A stretch of DNA of 64,000 nt from Acidobacteriota bacterium (GCA_965217775.1 CBDCJH010000002.1:768001-832000); one strand, 5' to 3'. Positions 38,745-49,186 are shown, counted from the first letter of the stretch. Made by a program: numbers and translations. Notes: generated by a model not told the origin, from the sequence alone.

Positions 38745-39140
38745 GTGTCAGTCGGCGAATCGGCCGCAGAACGCAGGGCACGGCTCCTGAGTTATCAGGC
38801 CGGCGAAGATGCTCTGGCCGTGCTCGAAGGGACGGTGCGGCGAGTCGAACAGCTCCTGCACGGTGTCTCGAATCAAGCTCTATCCCGTCGTCCGTCGCCT
38901 GGGAAATGGTCGGTGCAAGAGATCCTCGCGCATCTGGCCGACACCGAGCTTGTCGTCGCGTACCGGATTCGCAAGATTCTCAGTTTGCCGGGCACCGCCA
39001 TGGAGGGATTCGATCAGGATGCGTGGGCTCGGGCGGGGCGGTACTCTCAGATAGCTGTTACGGACTCGCTAATTTTGTTCAGTGCCGTGAGGGAGGCGAA
39101 CCTTCGCCTACTTCGATCGCTCGAACCGAATCAGGTCGGC
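38745..39140 (+). pseudogene. DinB family protein, 3' truncated
   Basis: PGKWSVQEILAHLADTE..YRIR, FDQDAWA; similarity lost after LEPNQ. Confidence 0.7.
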
Positions 39141-39488
39141 TGCCGAAGGCATCTCCGACGACGACGCCCTCAACCGTTTCGCGACTTCCGAGGAGCCCAA
39201 GCCCCCACTGACCATCAGATGCGCTGCTGCCTCGTAGATCGAGCAATGGGTGCCAGCCAACAATCTTCCCGCGCGAATGTCATCGAGCATCGCCATCTGT
39301 ATGCTCCCGCGATGGCCGGAATCCGCCTAGCCATGGGATGCACTGGGCACTCCACCGATGTCCACATTTGCCCAAGCACTCCAGCGGTTTGTGATCGTAC
39401 CCTCTCCTAGGTGGTCGTCGCAAAGGGCAAGGAAACGGAACGACAAATCGGGTTTCGGCTCACGTGAGCACCGCGACGAACTCTCCGC

Positions 39489-39680
39489 TCAACGCACTCT
39501 GGAAAGGTAGTCGGCCCAACCGTCGATCAGCCGCCGCCGCTCGAACAGGTCCGAACGGGCGTAGGCGGCCTCGACCTTGTTCTGGACGACGTGAGCCAAC
39601 GCCGCCTCGATGACCTCGCGCGGGTGGTCCGTCTCCTCGGCGGCCCAGTCCCGGAACGAGGATCGGAAGCCATGCGGACT
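39489..39680 (-). pseudogene. C-terminal fragment of a P4-like tyrosine integrase
   Basis: Own translation: PHGFRSSFRDWAAE..EVIEAALAHVVQNKVEAAYARSDLFERRR..WADYL. Confidence 0.85.
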
Positions 39681-39890
39681 GTTTCTATAACTTCCCTAAA
39701 CCATTCATTATAAAATAGTTAAGTGTTTTTTGACTCCGCTCTTCCACGGCTTGACCGAACGCTTACAAACGAACGAACGATGCCGAGCGACTCTCCATGG
39801 ACCCCACGTTTCGGGTGATCGGTTCGCAGAAGATCCGGGAGCCCCCCCACGGCGGCGTAAAGCCCAGAACCATGCCTCCGGGTTATAATT

Positions 39891-40520
39891 TTACTGCTTG
39901 GGAACGCTCTTCATTTTCCTCAATACCTCTTGTGCTAACGGGCCATTTTGAGCCTCAATCGCGACGGCCGCTGCGGCGGCCAGGGCGGTCATATCAGCCC
40001 AGAGCAACGCGTCCAGAATCTCGGAGTCCTGGTAATTGTAGCCAAGACCTTGGGGCGTGAGTCGCGCCCCGATTTGCTGGTAGCCAGTGTGAGTATAGCT
40101 GCACAACATTTTCCACGATTGATCCTTTACACCTGAAAAGGGTTTGGACTGGAAGTGAGGAGATTTCTCGAGCGCCGTAATGATATCGGAATTGGGCGGG
40201 ACCTTGTCTCGCCCAGCCCGGTCAATTTCTTCATCGGTCGCCGCGTACATCAGCCACATTCCTCTGAGGTACGCCTCATACATCGACCGGACTAGCGCGA
40301 GGGCCGAACCGTGAAGCGTTGCGTGAACGAGCTCGACAATAGCCATCGAGTGCTCGATTGTGACGAGCCAGCAAGCCGCCGCAAGCTGTAACCGTTTCGA
40401 ATTTGGCCACTGCGGAATCCTCATTCCGTCAAATTTCGATCTCCACCAGCGCACAATGCATTCAGACTTCTTTAATCGCTGGGCGATGGCAGGTGACAGC
40501 GCGGGTTGTGGGTTGCTCAA
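39891..40520 (-). CDS. Hypothetical helical protein (DUF5677/DUF6988-like)
   Basis: SALALVRSMYEAYLRGMW and LCSYTHTG pattern. Confidence 0.55.
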   Translation of the reverse strand: MSNPQPALSPAIAQRLKKSECIVRWWRSKFDGMRIPQWPNSKRLQLAAACWLVTIEHSMAIVELVHATLHGSALALVRSMYEAYLRGMWLMYAATDEEIDRAGRDKVPPNSDIITALEKSPHFQSKPFSGVKDQSWKMLCSYTHTGYQQIGARLTPQGLGYNYQDSEILDALLWADMTALAAAAAVAIEAQNGPLAQEVLRKMKSVPKQ

Positions 40521-40816
40521 TTCTTTCTCCTTGTCGTGTCCACCGAAATTTCCATTTTAACCGTCGCTGTCCATTCTTCTGAGTTCGATAACGTAAGAGT
40601 ACTCCCCACCATTTTGCAAGCGGCAATCCTAGTGTCCTCTTCGACTCCCTTCGGATTTGAGCGTAAGGTGACGGGGTGACCCGTAGGCGCTACGTCGCGC
40701 TTTTCACGCAGTGGTGGTTCTGGCGCAGGTCCGGCGGCATCAGGTCAGGATCTCGACCTCCGGCCGGTTTTTCACAGATACGGAATTGCGGTCTGTCTTC
40801 TATTGTCCCTGTGTAC

Positions 40817-41911
40817 TCATTTGTTGGATTTTCTGCGATTGCACTGCTTGCACAGCATTTGACAGTTCTGTGCGATTGTCTTGCCGCCCTCGGCCCAAGG
40901 GGTGATGTGGTCGGCCTCCATATACGACATCTCAAACTTCTTCGCACATGACTTGCAAATGCCGTTTTGACTCTCGAACGCCTTCTGCTTCATGGCGGGG
41001 GAGAAGGCCCGGATGTTGAGATGTTTCTCCTCGCCGGTGAGGAGATACGGGTAGATGCCCGCCTTTTTCGTCACATCGTCGTCGATCATCAGGCGGACAA
41101 TGTCGTCCTCAAGTCCTTCGGGATCCAGGCTCTCGTCTTTGAGTTGCCCGTAAAGCCCGCCCCAATCCACGCCTTTCATTGGCTTGCGGTAGTTCGGGAA
41201 AACCGCTTCCACCCGGTTGATTACCGCTTGGAAGTGACTCCACAAGGCGGTTGCGGTCTTGTCGTGCTGATGCGTGGCCATGTACTCTTCGACCGTCTGG
41301 CCCTCGTCCTTGATCCATTGGATCGCGATTTCGAGGTACTCCTGGCGATCCGCCCTCCCTTTCACATACCGACTTCCGATTGCATAAGCCGGGCAGGCGG
41401 CCCCCTTCCGGCTGAAATGCCGCTTTGCGTCGGACACCCACGGGCCAGCATAGACCGCATTCCGCAGCTCTTGGCTGGTCAGCCTTTCGCCCGCGATGTT
41501 GATGATCCTGAACCAAGCCAGCTTCTCGCTGGCACTCCCCTCGCAGAAATAAACCTGCAACGGGTAATTGAGGATCCGCTCCTGCTCGTCGTCTTGCAGG
41601 TTGTGGAAATACCGCCCGTCAAGGGAGTAGTCGCCTTTCACGTACTGCGCGGCTGAGATCGTGCGCTGCTGGCCGTCTATGACTTCATACGTTCCGTCTT
41701 GGCGCACGGCCCAATACATCACATTGAGCGGAAAGCCCTTGTTGATCGTCTCGATCACCGCATTGCGCTGCTTGTCCTTATAGACAAACTCGCGCTGAAA
41801 AGGCGGGCGGATGTCGAGTTTGCCGCCATAGCCGCGCACCCCGCCTTCGCCGTCGTCATGGTAGTCCTCCACAAGGTCGCGGACTGTGATTTTCTTCAGA
41901 TCAATTTTCAT
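40817..41911 (-). CDS. DUF262 (GmrSD-like) plus HNH endonuclease
   Basis: PPFQREFVY, IDGQQR, F..IN; C-terminal CKSC..EADHI.PW..GG....NCQMLCKQCN. Confidence 0.88.
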   Translation of the reverse strand: MKIDLKKITVRDLVEDYHDDGEGGVRGYGGKLDIRPPFQREFVYKDKQRNAVIETINKGFPLNVMYWAVRQDGTYEVIDGQQRTISAAQYVKGDYSLDGRYFHNLQDDEQERILNYPLQVYFCEGSASEKLAWFRIINIAGERLTSQELRNAVYAGPWVSDAKRHFSRKGAACPAYAIGSRYVKGRADRQEYLEIAIQWIKDEGQTVEEYMATHQHDKTATALWSHFQAVINRVEAVFPNYRKPMKGVDWGGLYGQLKDESLDPEGLEDDIVRLMIDDDVTKKAGIYPYLLTGEEKHLNIRAFSPAMKQKAFESQNGICKSCAKKFEMSYMEADHITPWAEGGKTIAQNCQMLCKQCNRRKSNK

Positions 41912-42434
41912 TGCGGCAGCACTCTCTTAATCAGAAGGCGAACATAAGTGGGTCTGAACTCGCCCCCAACCTTTATCACACCCCTTCTATTCAGATTGCC
42001 TGCGTTGGGCACATCTGCCACCGAGTATTCTTTCGTCTTAAGATCGGAGTTGTTGTCCCTGTCTGTTATCCCCATGACTTCGAACTGCTCCGGGTTGTGT
42101 TTGTCCAGAAATGTTATCGGCACCCCCATCGCCCCGTCCCAATCCATCGGGATTTCGGCGGTCTTGTCCACATTGATCGCGTCGTAGTTGTCGTAGGCCG
42201 GGTATTCCTCCGGCGAGTACCGCTTGTAGAGGATCAATTCCTCGTGGCGCATGGCATGGTCGAGATTGGTGAACCAGCCGACGTTTCTGAATTTGACCAG
42301 TCCGGTCGATTCGTCGAAGTACGACTTGCTTTCGTAGCGTTCAACGTCCGCCACCTTGAAATACGCGTTTCCATTGCTGAAGCCATATCCAAACCACACC
42401 CGGTTCTCTTTGATTAGCGGAAAAATCTCCTTAT

Positions 42435-44430
42435 CCCAGATTATTCATCACGCAAACATAAAATGGGAAAGCGTTCCCGCCATGTCGAGTCGGATCAGAG
42501 GGTTACGGGATACCCACAGAAAAAGGTCGAGAGCCGCCGTGGGTGAAACGCTATCGTGGTTTTCGACTCCGCCTTAATCTTTGGGTTCAGAGGGGTCCGA
42601 AACCCTCGCATTTCCAAGGTTTTCTCCCCTTCCATGGGCGGCAAAAAGAGGCGGCGTGCCCGTCATTTGTGGTATGATTATGGTGCTAAGAAACAACAAC
42701 AAAGAACGGAGCACGCCATGCCTGAGACGATACCGCAGATCCGGCCCTCATTCAACCGATCCCTCCGCCTCGAGACCCGCCCCGAGTTGCTCAGTGCGGA
42801 CACGGGAGCCCTGGTGCAACGGGAGATGATGGATCGTAGCGGCCTCATCGATTGGTTGACCGAGCGGTTGCACGATCGGCGACACCCGAGTTCGATCCGC
42901 TATCCGCTGTCGGATCTGCTGCGGACTCGACTCCTGCTGCTGGGGCAGGGCTGGCGCGACCAGTCCGACGCCGACCGCCTGCGTCAGGATCCGAGCTTGC
43001 GGGTGGCGAGCCAGACCCGTCGGGGCACGGCGGCCTTGGAGGAGGGCCAGGGGCTGGCATCGCAGCCGACCTTGTCCCGACTGCTGGACACGCTCAGCCG
43101 GGAGGAGAACGTTCCGGTCCTGCACCAGGCGGTGACGGAGCTGGCGTGCCGTCGGATCGAGATGATCGAAGGTCGGCGGCGAAAACGGGGGAAAAAGACC
43201 CCACGGAAGAAGAGACGGAAAAAGACGATGGTCCTGGACGTGGACGGTCTCCCGGTGGAGGTCCATGGGCATCCCCCGGGAAGCGAATGGAACGGATACT
43301 ATCGCCAGCGGATGTACCACGGGTTGGTGGCGAGTTGTGCCGAGACGGGGGACCTGATCGACGGGGAGATTTTTCCGGGAGCCAGCTACTTGGGGAAGAA
43401 GGCGCTGAAGTTGACGCTCCGGGTGGTGGACCGCTGTCGGGGGCGTCTGTGCGGCTCGATGATCGTTCGGATGGATGCGGGGTTCCCGGAGCCGGGGCTG
43501 CTGAAGGGGCTGGAATCGAGAAGCGTGCCCTATATCGCTCGAATCCGCAAGAATGAGGTCCTGAATCGGATGGCGAAGCCCTACTTGACCCAACCGGCGG
43601 GGCGATCCCCGGATGCACCACCGAGGCTCTGGTTCCATGAGCTGACCTATCAGGCGGAGAGTTGGGATCGGGCGCGCCGGGTGGTGCTGGTGGTGCGGGA
43701 GCGACCGGGGGAGTTGTATCCGGATCATTTCTGGTTGCTGACGAGCCTGAGCCGGAAGCGTTATGAGGCGGAAGCGTTGCTGGCAAAGTATCGCAAGCGG
43801 GGGAAGGCGGAAGGGCACATGGGGGAGTTGATGGACGTGTTCGATCCGGCCTTGTCCTCCGCGAGCCGGCCCAAGACGCACTATCGGGGCAAACCGCTGA
43901 AGCCGGGAGCCAAGCCGGAAGCGACGACGGAGGCCGGGGTTCGACCCCACAACGAAGTCTTGTTCCTGCTGAATCTGCTGGGGTACGAGATCCTGCACCT
44001 GGGTCGGGTGCTGATGGAGCAGGCGACGCGTCGGGGCTGGAGTCTGCGTCGTTTTCGCGAACGGGTGTTGCGAGTGGCGTCTCGGGCGCTGCGTCAGGGG
44101 AGGCGATTGATTTTCGTCATCAGTCAAGGGGCGACGGACTGGAAGCGGTTGTGGAAGAGCCTGGCGCGGGTGTCCTGGGCGCCGGGATAGTGGACGGAGG
44201 AGGAATCGGGCCCGTGGAAGGGACCGAAACGGTGGGAATTTCTCACCGGAAAGTCAACCTGTCGGCGGATGACGGTCCCCCTGGCCGGTAAACGGTTTAT
44301 GAGTGGTTCAATCGTCCTGTTTTTGAGCCGATTCAGTCGAATCGACAGAGGTTCGAGAGAAACCGGGCTCCGACCGCCAGAAAACGCCGGGCTGGAAGCC
44401 CTTATCAACATGTCCCATGAATAATCTGGG
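42435..44430 (+). mobile_element. IS1380-family insertion sequence
   Basis: IR CCCAGATTATTCAT/ATGAATAATCTGGG; 5-bp TSD CTTAT. Confidence 0.92.
42718..44190 (+). CDS. IS1380 family transposase
   Basis: LASQPTLSRL, LDVD..VHG, VRMDAGF, YRKRGKAE. Confidence 0.9.
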   Translation: MPETIPQIRPSFNRSLRLETRPELLSADTGALVQREMMDRSGLIDWLTERLHDRRHPSSIRYPLSDLLRTRLLLLGQGWRDQSDADRLRQDPSLRVASQTRRGTAALEEGQGLASQPTLSRLLDTLSREENVPVLHQAVTELACRRIEMIEGRRRKRGKKTPRKKRRKKTMVLDVDGLPVEVHGHPPGSEWNGYYRQRMYHGLVASCAETGDLIDGEIFPGASYLGKKALKLTLRVVDRCRGRLCGSMIVRMDAGFPEPGLLKGLESRSVPYIARIRKNEVLNRMAKPYLTQPAGRSPDAPPRLWFHELTYQAESWDRARRVVLVVRERPGELYPDHFWLLTSLSRKRYEAEALLAKYRKRGKAEGHMGELMDVFDPALSSASRPKTHYRGKPLKPGAKPEATTEAGVRPHNEVLFLLNLLGYEILHLGRVLMEQATRRGWSLRRFRERVLRVASRALRQGRRLIFVISQGATDWKRLWKSLARVSWAPG

Positions 44431-45147
44431 CTTATAGGTGACGGCGTTCTTGCTCCCGATAATCAGGAACTTCTTGCCGTACTCCTCCAGTTGGGCGACG
44501 TATTCGCGGAACAGCGAAAACGGCGGGTTGGTCACCACGATGTCCGCCTGCTTCAAAAGCTCGATGCATTCCGGGCTGCGGAAATCCCCGTCCCCTTCAA
44601 ACGCATGGACCCCAATATCCTCTACGTCGGGTACTCTGCCGCCCTTAGAGTTCCCCTTGTATTCGAGCCATATCGCCCGCTCCACATCGTGACGGCTGAA
44701 TAGGTCGCGGTCCTGGTTCTTGTAGCACGCAGTGATGAGCTTCTTCAGGCCCAGGCGCTCGAAGTTGTACGAGAAGTAATGGAAGAAGTTGGAGACGCGG
44801 GGATCGTCGCAATTGCAATACACGACTTTGCCCCGGAAATGTCTGGTGTAGTGGCGCAGCTCGTTCTCGATGTCGGAAAGCTGCGTGTAGAACTCGTCGT
44901 TCTTCTGCCGCTTGGCTTTTCGTAAGTTTTCATTCAGAGACATGGGTTTGCTCCCTAACCAAGCCTGTTATCGGTGATCAGTCCCCGATATTTGAGCCGC
45001 TCATGCTCGTTCCCCAACCTCGGCACTTCGCTAGATTATTTCCTTCTCGTAAACCGCGTCCTGCCAGTCATCCGCGAATTCGGCGGCGCGGGCACGGACT
45101 TCGTTCCAAGGCAGGCGCATTAGCCTGAGCGACGGCGCGAGCCTCGA

Positions 45148-45471
45148 TCATGCGTGCAGCGCCCCCGTGCTCCGTTCCAAAGCCGTCCGGTCGCGCCGCG
45201 CCTGCGCAAGCTCGTAGCTCGCCTGCATCCGCATCCAGTGTTCGGCGGTACCCCAGCCGATATCCTCCAACGCCAACGCCATGTTCGCCGACACCCCTGC
45301 CTTGCCGTTCAGCAACCGCGACAGCGTTCCGCGCTCGCAGCCGAGACGCGCCGCCGTCTCGGTCACGTTCCAGCCCATATCGTCCATGCTCTCCCGGATC
45401 AGTTCGCCCAGGTGCGGCGGACTCAGCATCGGACCGACGCGCTCGCTTGAAATGTCGTTCATGGTCAGCAC
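45148..45471 (-). CDS. higA: HigA antitoxin
   Basis: PPHLGELI, HTH, WMRMQASYEL. Confidence 0.85.
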   Translation of the reverse strand: MLTMNDISSERVGPMLSPPHLGELIRESMDDMGWNVTETAARLGCERGTLSRLLNGKAGVSANMALALEDIGWGTAEHWMRMQASYELAQARRDRTALERSTGALHA

Positions 45472-45480
45472 TCCCTTCAG

Positions 45481-45753
45481 TCAGTGATAGTCGATCAGGT
45501 CAACGTCCACGGCTTCGCCGTCCTCGAAGCGGAACACCACGCGCCAGTTCCCGGAAACGCGAACGCTCCACTGGCCCGCACGGTCGCCCTTCAAGGGATG
45601 CAGCCGGAAGCCCGGCGCATCGGCGCTTCGCGGATGCGTCGCCTCTTGCAGACGGAACAGGATGCGCCGGAGCCGTGGCACGAAACCGACAGGTACCCGC
45701 GCGGGATTGTCCCGCTCATGCAGCGCCCGCAACCCCTTATGTCTAATCTTCAT
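45481..45753 (-). CDS. higB: HigB toxin (RelE family)
   Basis: RHKGL, LHPLKGDR.G.WSVRVSGNWR..FRF, DYH. Confidence 0.88.
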   Translation of the reverse strand: MKIRHKGLRALHERDNPARVPVGFVPRLRRILFRLQEATHPRSADAPGFRLHPLKGDRAGQWSVRVSGNWRVVFRFEDGEAVDVDLIDYH

Positions 45754-46179
45754 AGACCACGATGCAACTATTGTAACGCGAAACGCTACGCGCTGCGAAG
45801 CCTCGGTCACTGGCCAACGTTACGCATACGCCCCTCGGCTACGTGTTCCTCCCTGAGTGGCCTGAGGAACGCCTACCGGTCCCGGACCGTGGCTGGAGTA
45901 AGGCGAAACAGGCCGAACCCCAATCTGCTTGACACACTCTTCACGATGAAACTGCGACAAGAGTGGCTGCGAGAGTCCCTCGTAGAGAACCACGCGGAAC
46001 CGTTGGCGGTTGTTGGAAACGTTCTTCTTGCCGATGATCCGGTCGCTGTGGGTCAGGAGATGCGCCGGCCGCGGAGCCTCTCCACCGCCTGCTTCCTGAG
46101 GGTCTCCAGCCGCTGCTCGTGGATGTCGGGGGCGTTCATGCGTCCCATCTTGCCCGTCACGGGTGTCATTTTTAGCCTT

Positions 46180-46445
46180 CCCGCCAGGGATAAATGGGAT
46201 GGGAGCGACCCCCCCAGGGGGCGTTGCGCAAATGTGAATTGCGCAACGCCCCCGCGCCCGCTCCGGGCAGCAAAAAGGGGGGGTCGCTCCCGTCCACGTC
46301 CCCATTCCCCGAGCGGGCACCGCCGGTCCGAGGAATGGGACGTAAACATAGGAAAGACAAGGAGATCGGGGAAATCTCGTGTGTAAGTTGGCGAACTCTC
46401 ATAGTGTAAGTCACCCCCTTTGTCTCACTTACACTCCTGGATCGA
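46180..46445 (-). repeat. oriT-like module, inverted copy
   Basis: Reverse complement of the 33422-33678 module with the same cloverleaf and GTAAGT/ACTTAC triplet. Confidence 0.75.
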
Positions 46446-46482
46446 CACGGGTACCGCACTCTGAAACCTGAGCGAGACGGAG

Positions 46483-47203
46483 TTGACATTGATCTGCAGC
46501 TTGATGATGGACGGCGAGGTGCTGGAAGAGATGGAGGCCCCGCTGACGCCCAACGGTCAGGACGCCCAGTTCGTCAGTGAGATGTTCGAATACTACACGT
46601 CGGACTTTTCGGGATCGGTGCCTTGCGTGGTGCCAGGCATCGCAAAAAAGTTCACGGAAGTCGCAATAGAAATGGATCCCATGAACGGCATCGTCACCAC
46701 GCTACCGGTGATTCCTCTGGAGAGTGATAGGCTGCCGGAAGAAACGATGGCAGCACCACCGCCGGTGGTTGCGGTCGACATTTACGCGACGGTCTCGGGG
46801 GCAGCACTCGGCTCCGTGATGGTTGAGGACACGGACAACGGTGTCCGCTTCACGCCCGATTTGACAGGCGTCACTGCTGGCGAGCATGGCTTTCACGTCC
46901 ATGTGAACCTGGACTGCGACATGGCTGACCAAAAACGCGGGAGGGCACTATGACCCGGCGAATACGGGGCGTCACGAAGGACCCGAGGGGAACGGTCATC
47001 TTGGAGACCTGCCGAGACTGATGGTCGCCGGAAACGGCACAGCGACCGCTCCTGTAGTCACCCGGCGGGTCCAGGTAAGCAATCTTGCGGGTCGTTCCTT
47101 GATGGTTCACGCGGGTGGTGACAACTACTCGGACATGCCTGATCCGCTTGGCGGAGGTGGATCGCGCGTGGCGTGCGGAGTCGTACCGGCCATCGAGAAT
47201 TAG
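46483..47203 (+). pseudogene. sodC: Cu/Zn superoxide dismutase remnant fused to a surface-protein fragment
   Basis: HGFHVH, GHLGDLPRL, SLMVHAGGDNYSD.P.PLGGGG.RVACG; internal deletion and frameshift. Confidence 0.8.
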
Positions 47204-47454
47204 TCGTATAGCCGGGCCGATCACAAGACTGCCAACAGCTTTCGCCATTCCCGATGGAGTGGCCGCCCCCTGGAATCCCCGAGCCGGAGGAAGTGTGCCT
47301 GGAGTCGCTGGCGGGCGCTTCAGACGCGCCATGCCAGTCGCGCACCACAAGGGGGAGATTCCTCTGAGCCACGGGTGGATTTCCGGGATGCTATGCTTGT
47401 CTGTGAGAGAGACGAACTCTAATAGACGTTACCCCAAATGAGGAGGGAGGAGCC

Positions 47455-47952
47455 GTGAATACATGGTGGCTTGCCATTGATCGGAATCAGGGGAATGCTT
47501 CTTACGAAAAGTTGAAAAATCGGAAAGTGGTAGCACAAGGATGGCCGAAACTGGGAGATCTGAGAACACTCTGCACTCTAGTTGAAAAGGGGGATAGAAA
47601 CGCATTCACTCACAAGGTGAGGGCCCGGCATTTGCTTGTGTACGGCGAAGAGTACAGTAGTCAAGCCTCTCGTATCATGTGGGACTTGTTGAGCTTGAGA
47701 TCCGGTGATCTTGTTGTGGGGATTGAAGGAGTCGCTGTAAAAGGCATTTGCCGACTGGAGCAAGAAGGATGGGAAAGCTATAAGCATGACTCCACATACG
47801 AGTATGCCCAAACTGTCGGTTTCCCGGTCGAGTGGGTTGATTGGGAGTTTGATTTTACGCCACGTGCCCCGAACCAAGGCGTGCCAGGAATCAGACAGCT
47901 TCAAAGCGAAAGGGAGAAAGTAATTTCTGTTTGGGAAAACCGAGAAATCTAG
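47455..47952 (+). CDS. Stand-alone PUA/EVE-like domain protein (resembles N-termini of Mrr/McrB-type enzymes)
   Basis: VAQGWPKLGDL, GDLVV..G..VKGI, VEW pattern; strong RBS; low GC. Confidence 0.45.
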   Translation: MNTWWLAIDRNQGNASYEKLKNRKVVAQGWPKLGDLRTLCTLVEKGDRNAFTHKVRARHLLVYGEEYSSQASRIMWDLLSLRSGDLVVGIEGVAVKGICRLEQEGWESYKHDSTYEYAQTVGFPVEWVDWEFDFTPRAPNQGVPGIRQLQSEREKVISVWENREI

Positions 47953-48057
47953 TCGATAGGCTCCTAAATTCCTTTTCTACAGGAGACAAGAGGGCATCCA
48001 CACCTCGGTCATTCAGCCAACAACGGTTACCGCGCCTTGCAGGCGAGAGGTCATTCG

Positions 48058-48358
48058 TGACTCGTTTCGGCAGTGCGTCAAGGGGGTCATGTGGCCGATC
48101 CGGGAGTGTGAATGGGACAAGCCGGGTGGATTCACAAAAAGCGGTCCCGGTGATTCACAAAGACGCTTCCCCCGATCTCCCTTTCCTGCTTGTGGTTACG
48201 GCCAGATCCGCGGACGCCGGCGCCCGCACGGGGAAATCGGAGGTGGACGGGAGCGACCCCCCCTTTTTGCTGCCCGTATCGGGCACGGGGGCGTTGCGCA
48301 ATTCACATTTGCGCAACACCCCCTGGGGGGGTCGCTCCCGTCTCATTGATCCCTGCGG
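48058..48358 (+). repeat. oriT-like module, complete copy
   Basis: GTGAAT/ATTCAC triplet plus cloverleaf. Confidence 0.75.
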
Positions 48359-48483
48359 GAAGGCCCCTGCGAAGATTCCTGAAGACTTGTTGTGGCCGTC
48401 CAAGGCGTCCATGCTCCCCACGTGATACAATGTGATCTATGTATGACCACAGGCTATAAGTGCCCCTGTGGTACGCTTGAAGG

Positions 48484-48905
48484 ATGAAGGGTTTTCGCGT
48501 CCGCTTGGACGACGACCTGGACCGAGTCCTGGAATTTCTGGAGTCGGAACGCTATGTGAACGTCGGCGCCTGGGTCCGCTCTCTGCTACGCGCGGGCCTG
48601 ACCCAGCAACGTTGGGTGCGGCTCCGGGGGTGGCGCCCCTCCTGGAAACTCCAACTACGAGATCTCCGCCGCTTCGGAGTTGGAGTCCCTACAAGCTCGA
48701 AGATGGCTCCTGGGGATCTTCCTACCTTGGCGATGCCGTCAAGCTCCCCGAGGACCCGGCCAGGTGCTCCATCGAGATTACGCCCCGGCGGGGAGACTCC
48801 TGGACCGCCACCGTGTTAGACGTCATCGAGCGCCGGGAGATTTCGTCCTGGTCCGCGACTCGGGGAAACCATCCGACGCTGCGTGATTTATCGGTTGGGA
48901 GGTAA
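48484..48905 (+). pseudogene. RHH-like small protein, apparently frameshifted
   Basis: MKGFRVRLDDDLDRVLEFL...VGAWVRSLLRAGL beta-alpha-alpha pattern; a plausible continuation lies in another frame. Confidence 0.45.
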
Positions 48906-48930
48906 ACTGGGCTGAATTGGAGGAGAACCC

Positions 48931-49167
48931 ATGGGAGTCATGGTAAGCGAGATTTACGACGCGTTGATCGATGCGGGCGCGACTGAAGCCAAGGCACGGG
49001 CGGCGGCGGAGGCCATTCCAATCAGTGACCAGTTAGCCACCAAACAGGACATCATCGAACTCAAAACCGACATCGCCAGCCTGAAAGCAGATTCCAAGAT
49101 CATCAAGTATGTCTTCGCTCCTGCTGTCATCTTCCTGCTCCTCAAGATCGCATTCTTCTCCTCCTGA
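48931..49167 (+). CDS. Small coiled-coil protein with C-terminal TM (DUF1640-like)
   Basis: YDALIDAGA.E..A, LATKQDI..LK; RBS GGAGGAG. Confidence 0.7.
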   Translation: MGVMVSEIYDALIDAGATEAKARAAAEAIPISDQLATKQDIIELKTDIASLKADSKIIKYVFAPAVIFLLLKIAFFSS

Positions 49168-49186
49168 TCAGATGGGGACAACCATT

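Larger units (their letters stand above)
33807..39766. mobile_element. Possible non-autonomous element with IS66-like ends
   Basis: GTAACCGTTCGGCCAGACCGTG versus reverse-complemented GTAAGCGTTCGGTCAAGCCGTG (18/22); flanks GAACGGAC and AAACGAAC (6/8). Confidence 0.5.
41908..44943 (-). pseudogene. EcoRI-family adenine methyltransferase split by IS1380
   Basis: KNDEFYT, VYCNCDD, VTNPPFSLFRE; excision restores NAVTYK-EIFPLIK...MGVPITFL. Confidence 0.9.

Noticed and set aside
40660-40760. Additional IS66-like end (GTAAGGTGACGG)
   Set aside because: No partner IR or TSD found.
45960-46150. Short minus-strand ORF fragment (MNAPDIHEQRLETLRK)
   Set aside because: Too short and no recognisable motif.
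48452-48467. MOBQ-type nic site (TATAAGTGCCCCT)
   Set aside because: Only a partial match to TAAGTGCGCCCT and absent from the other module copies.
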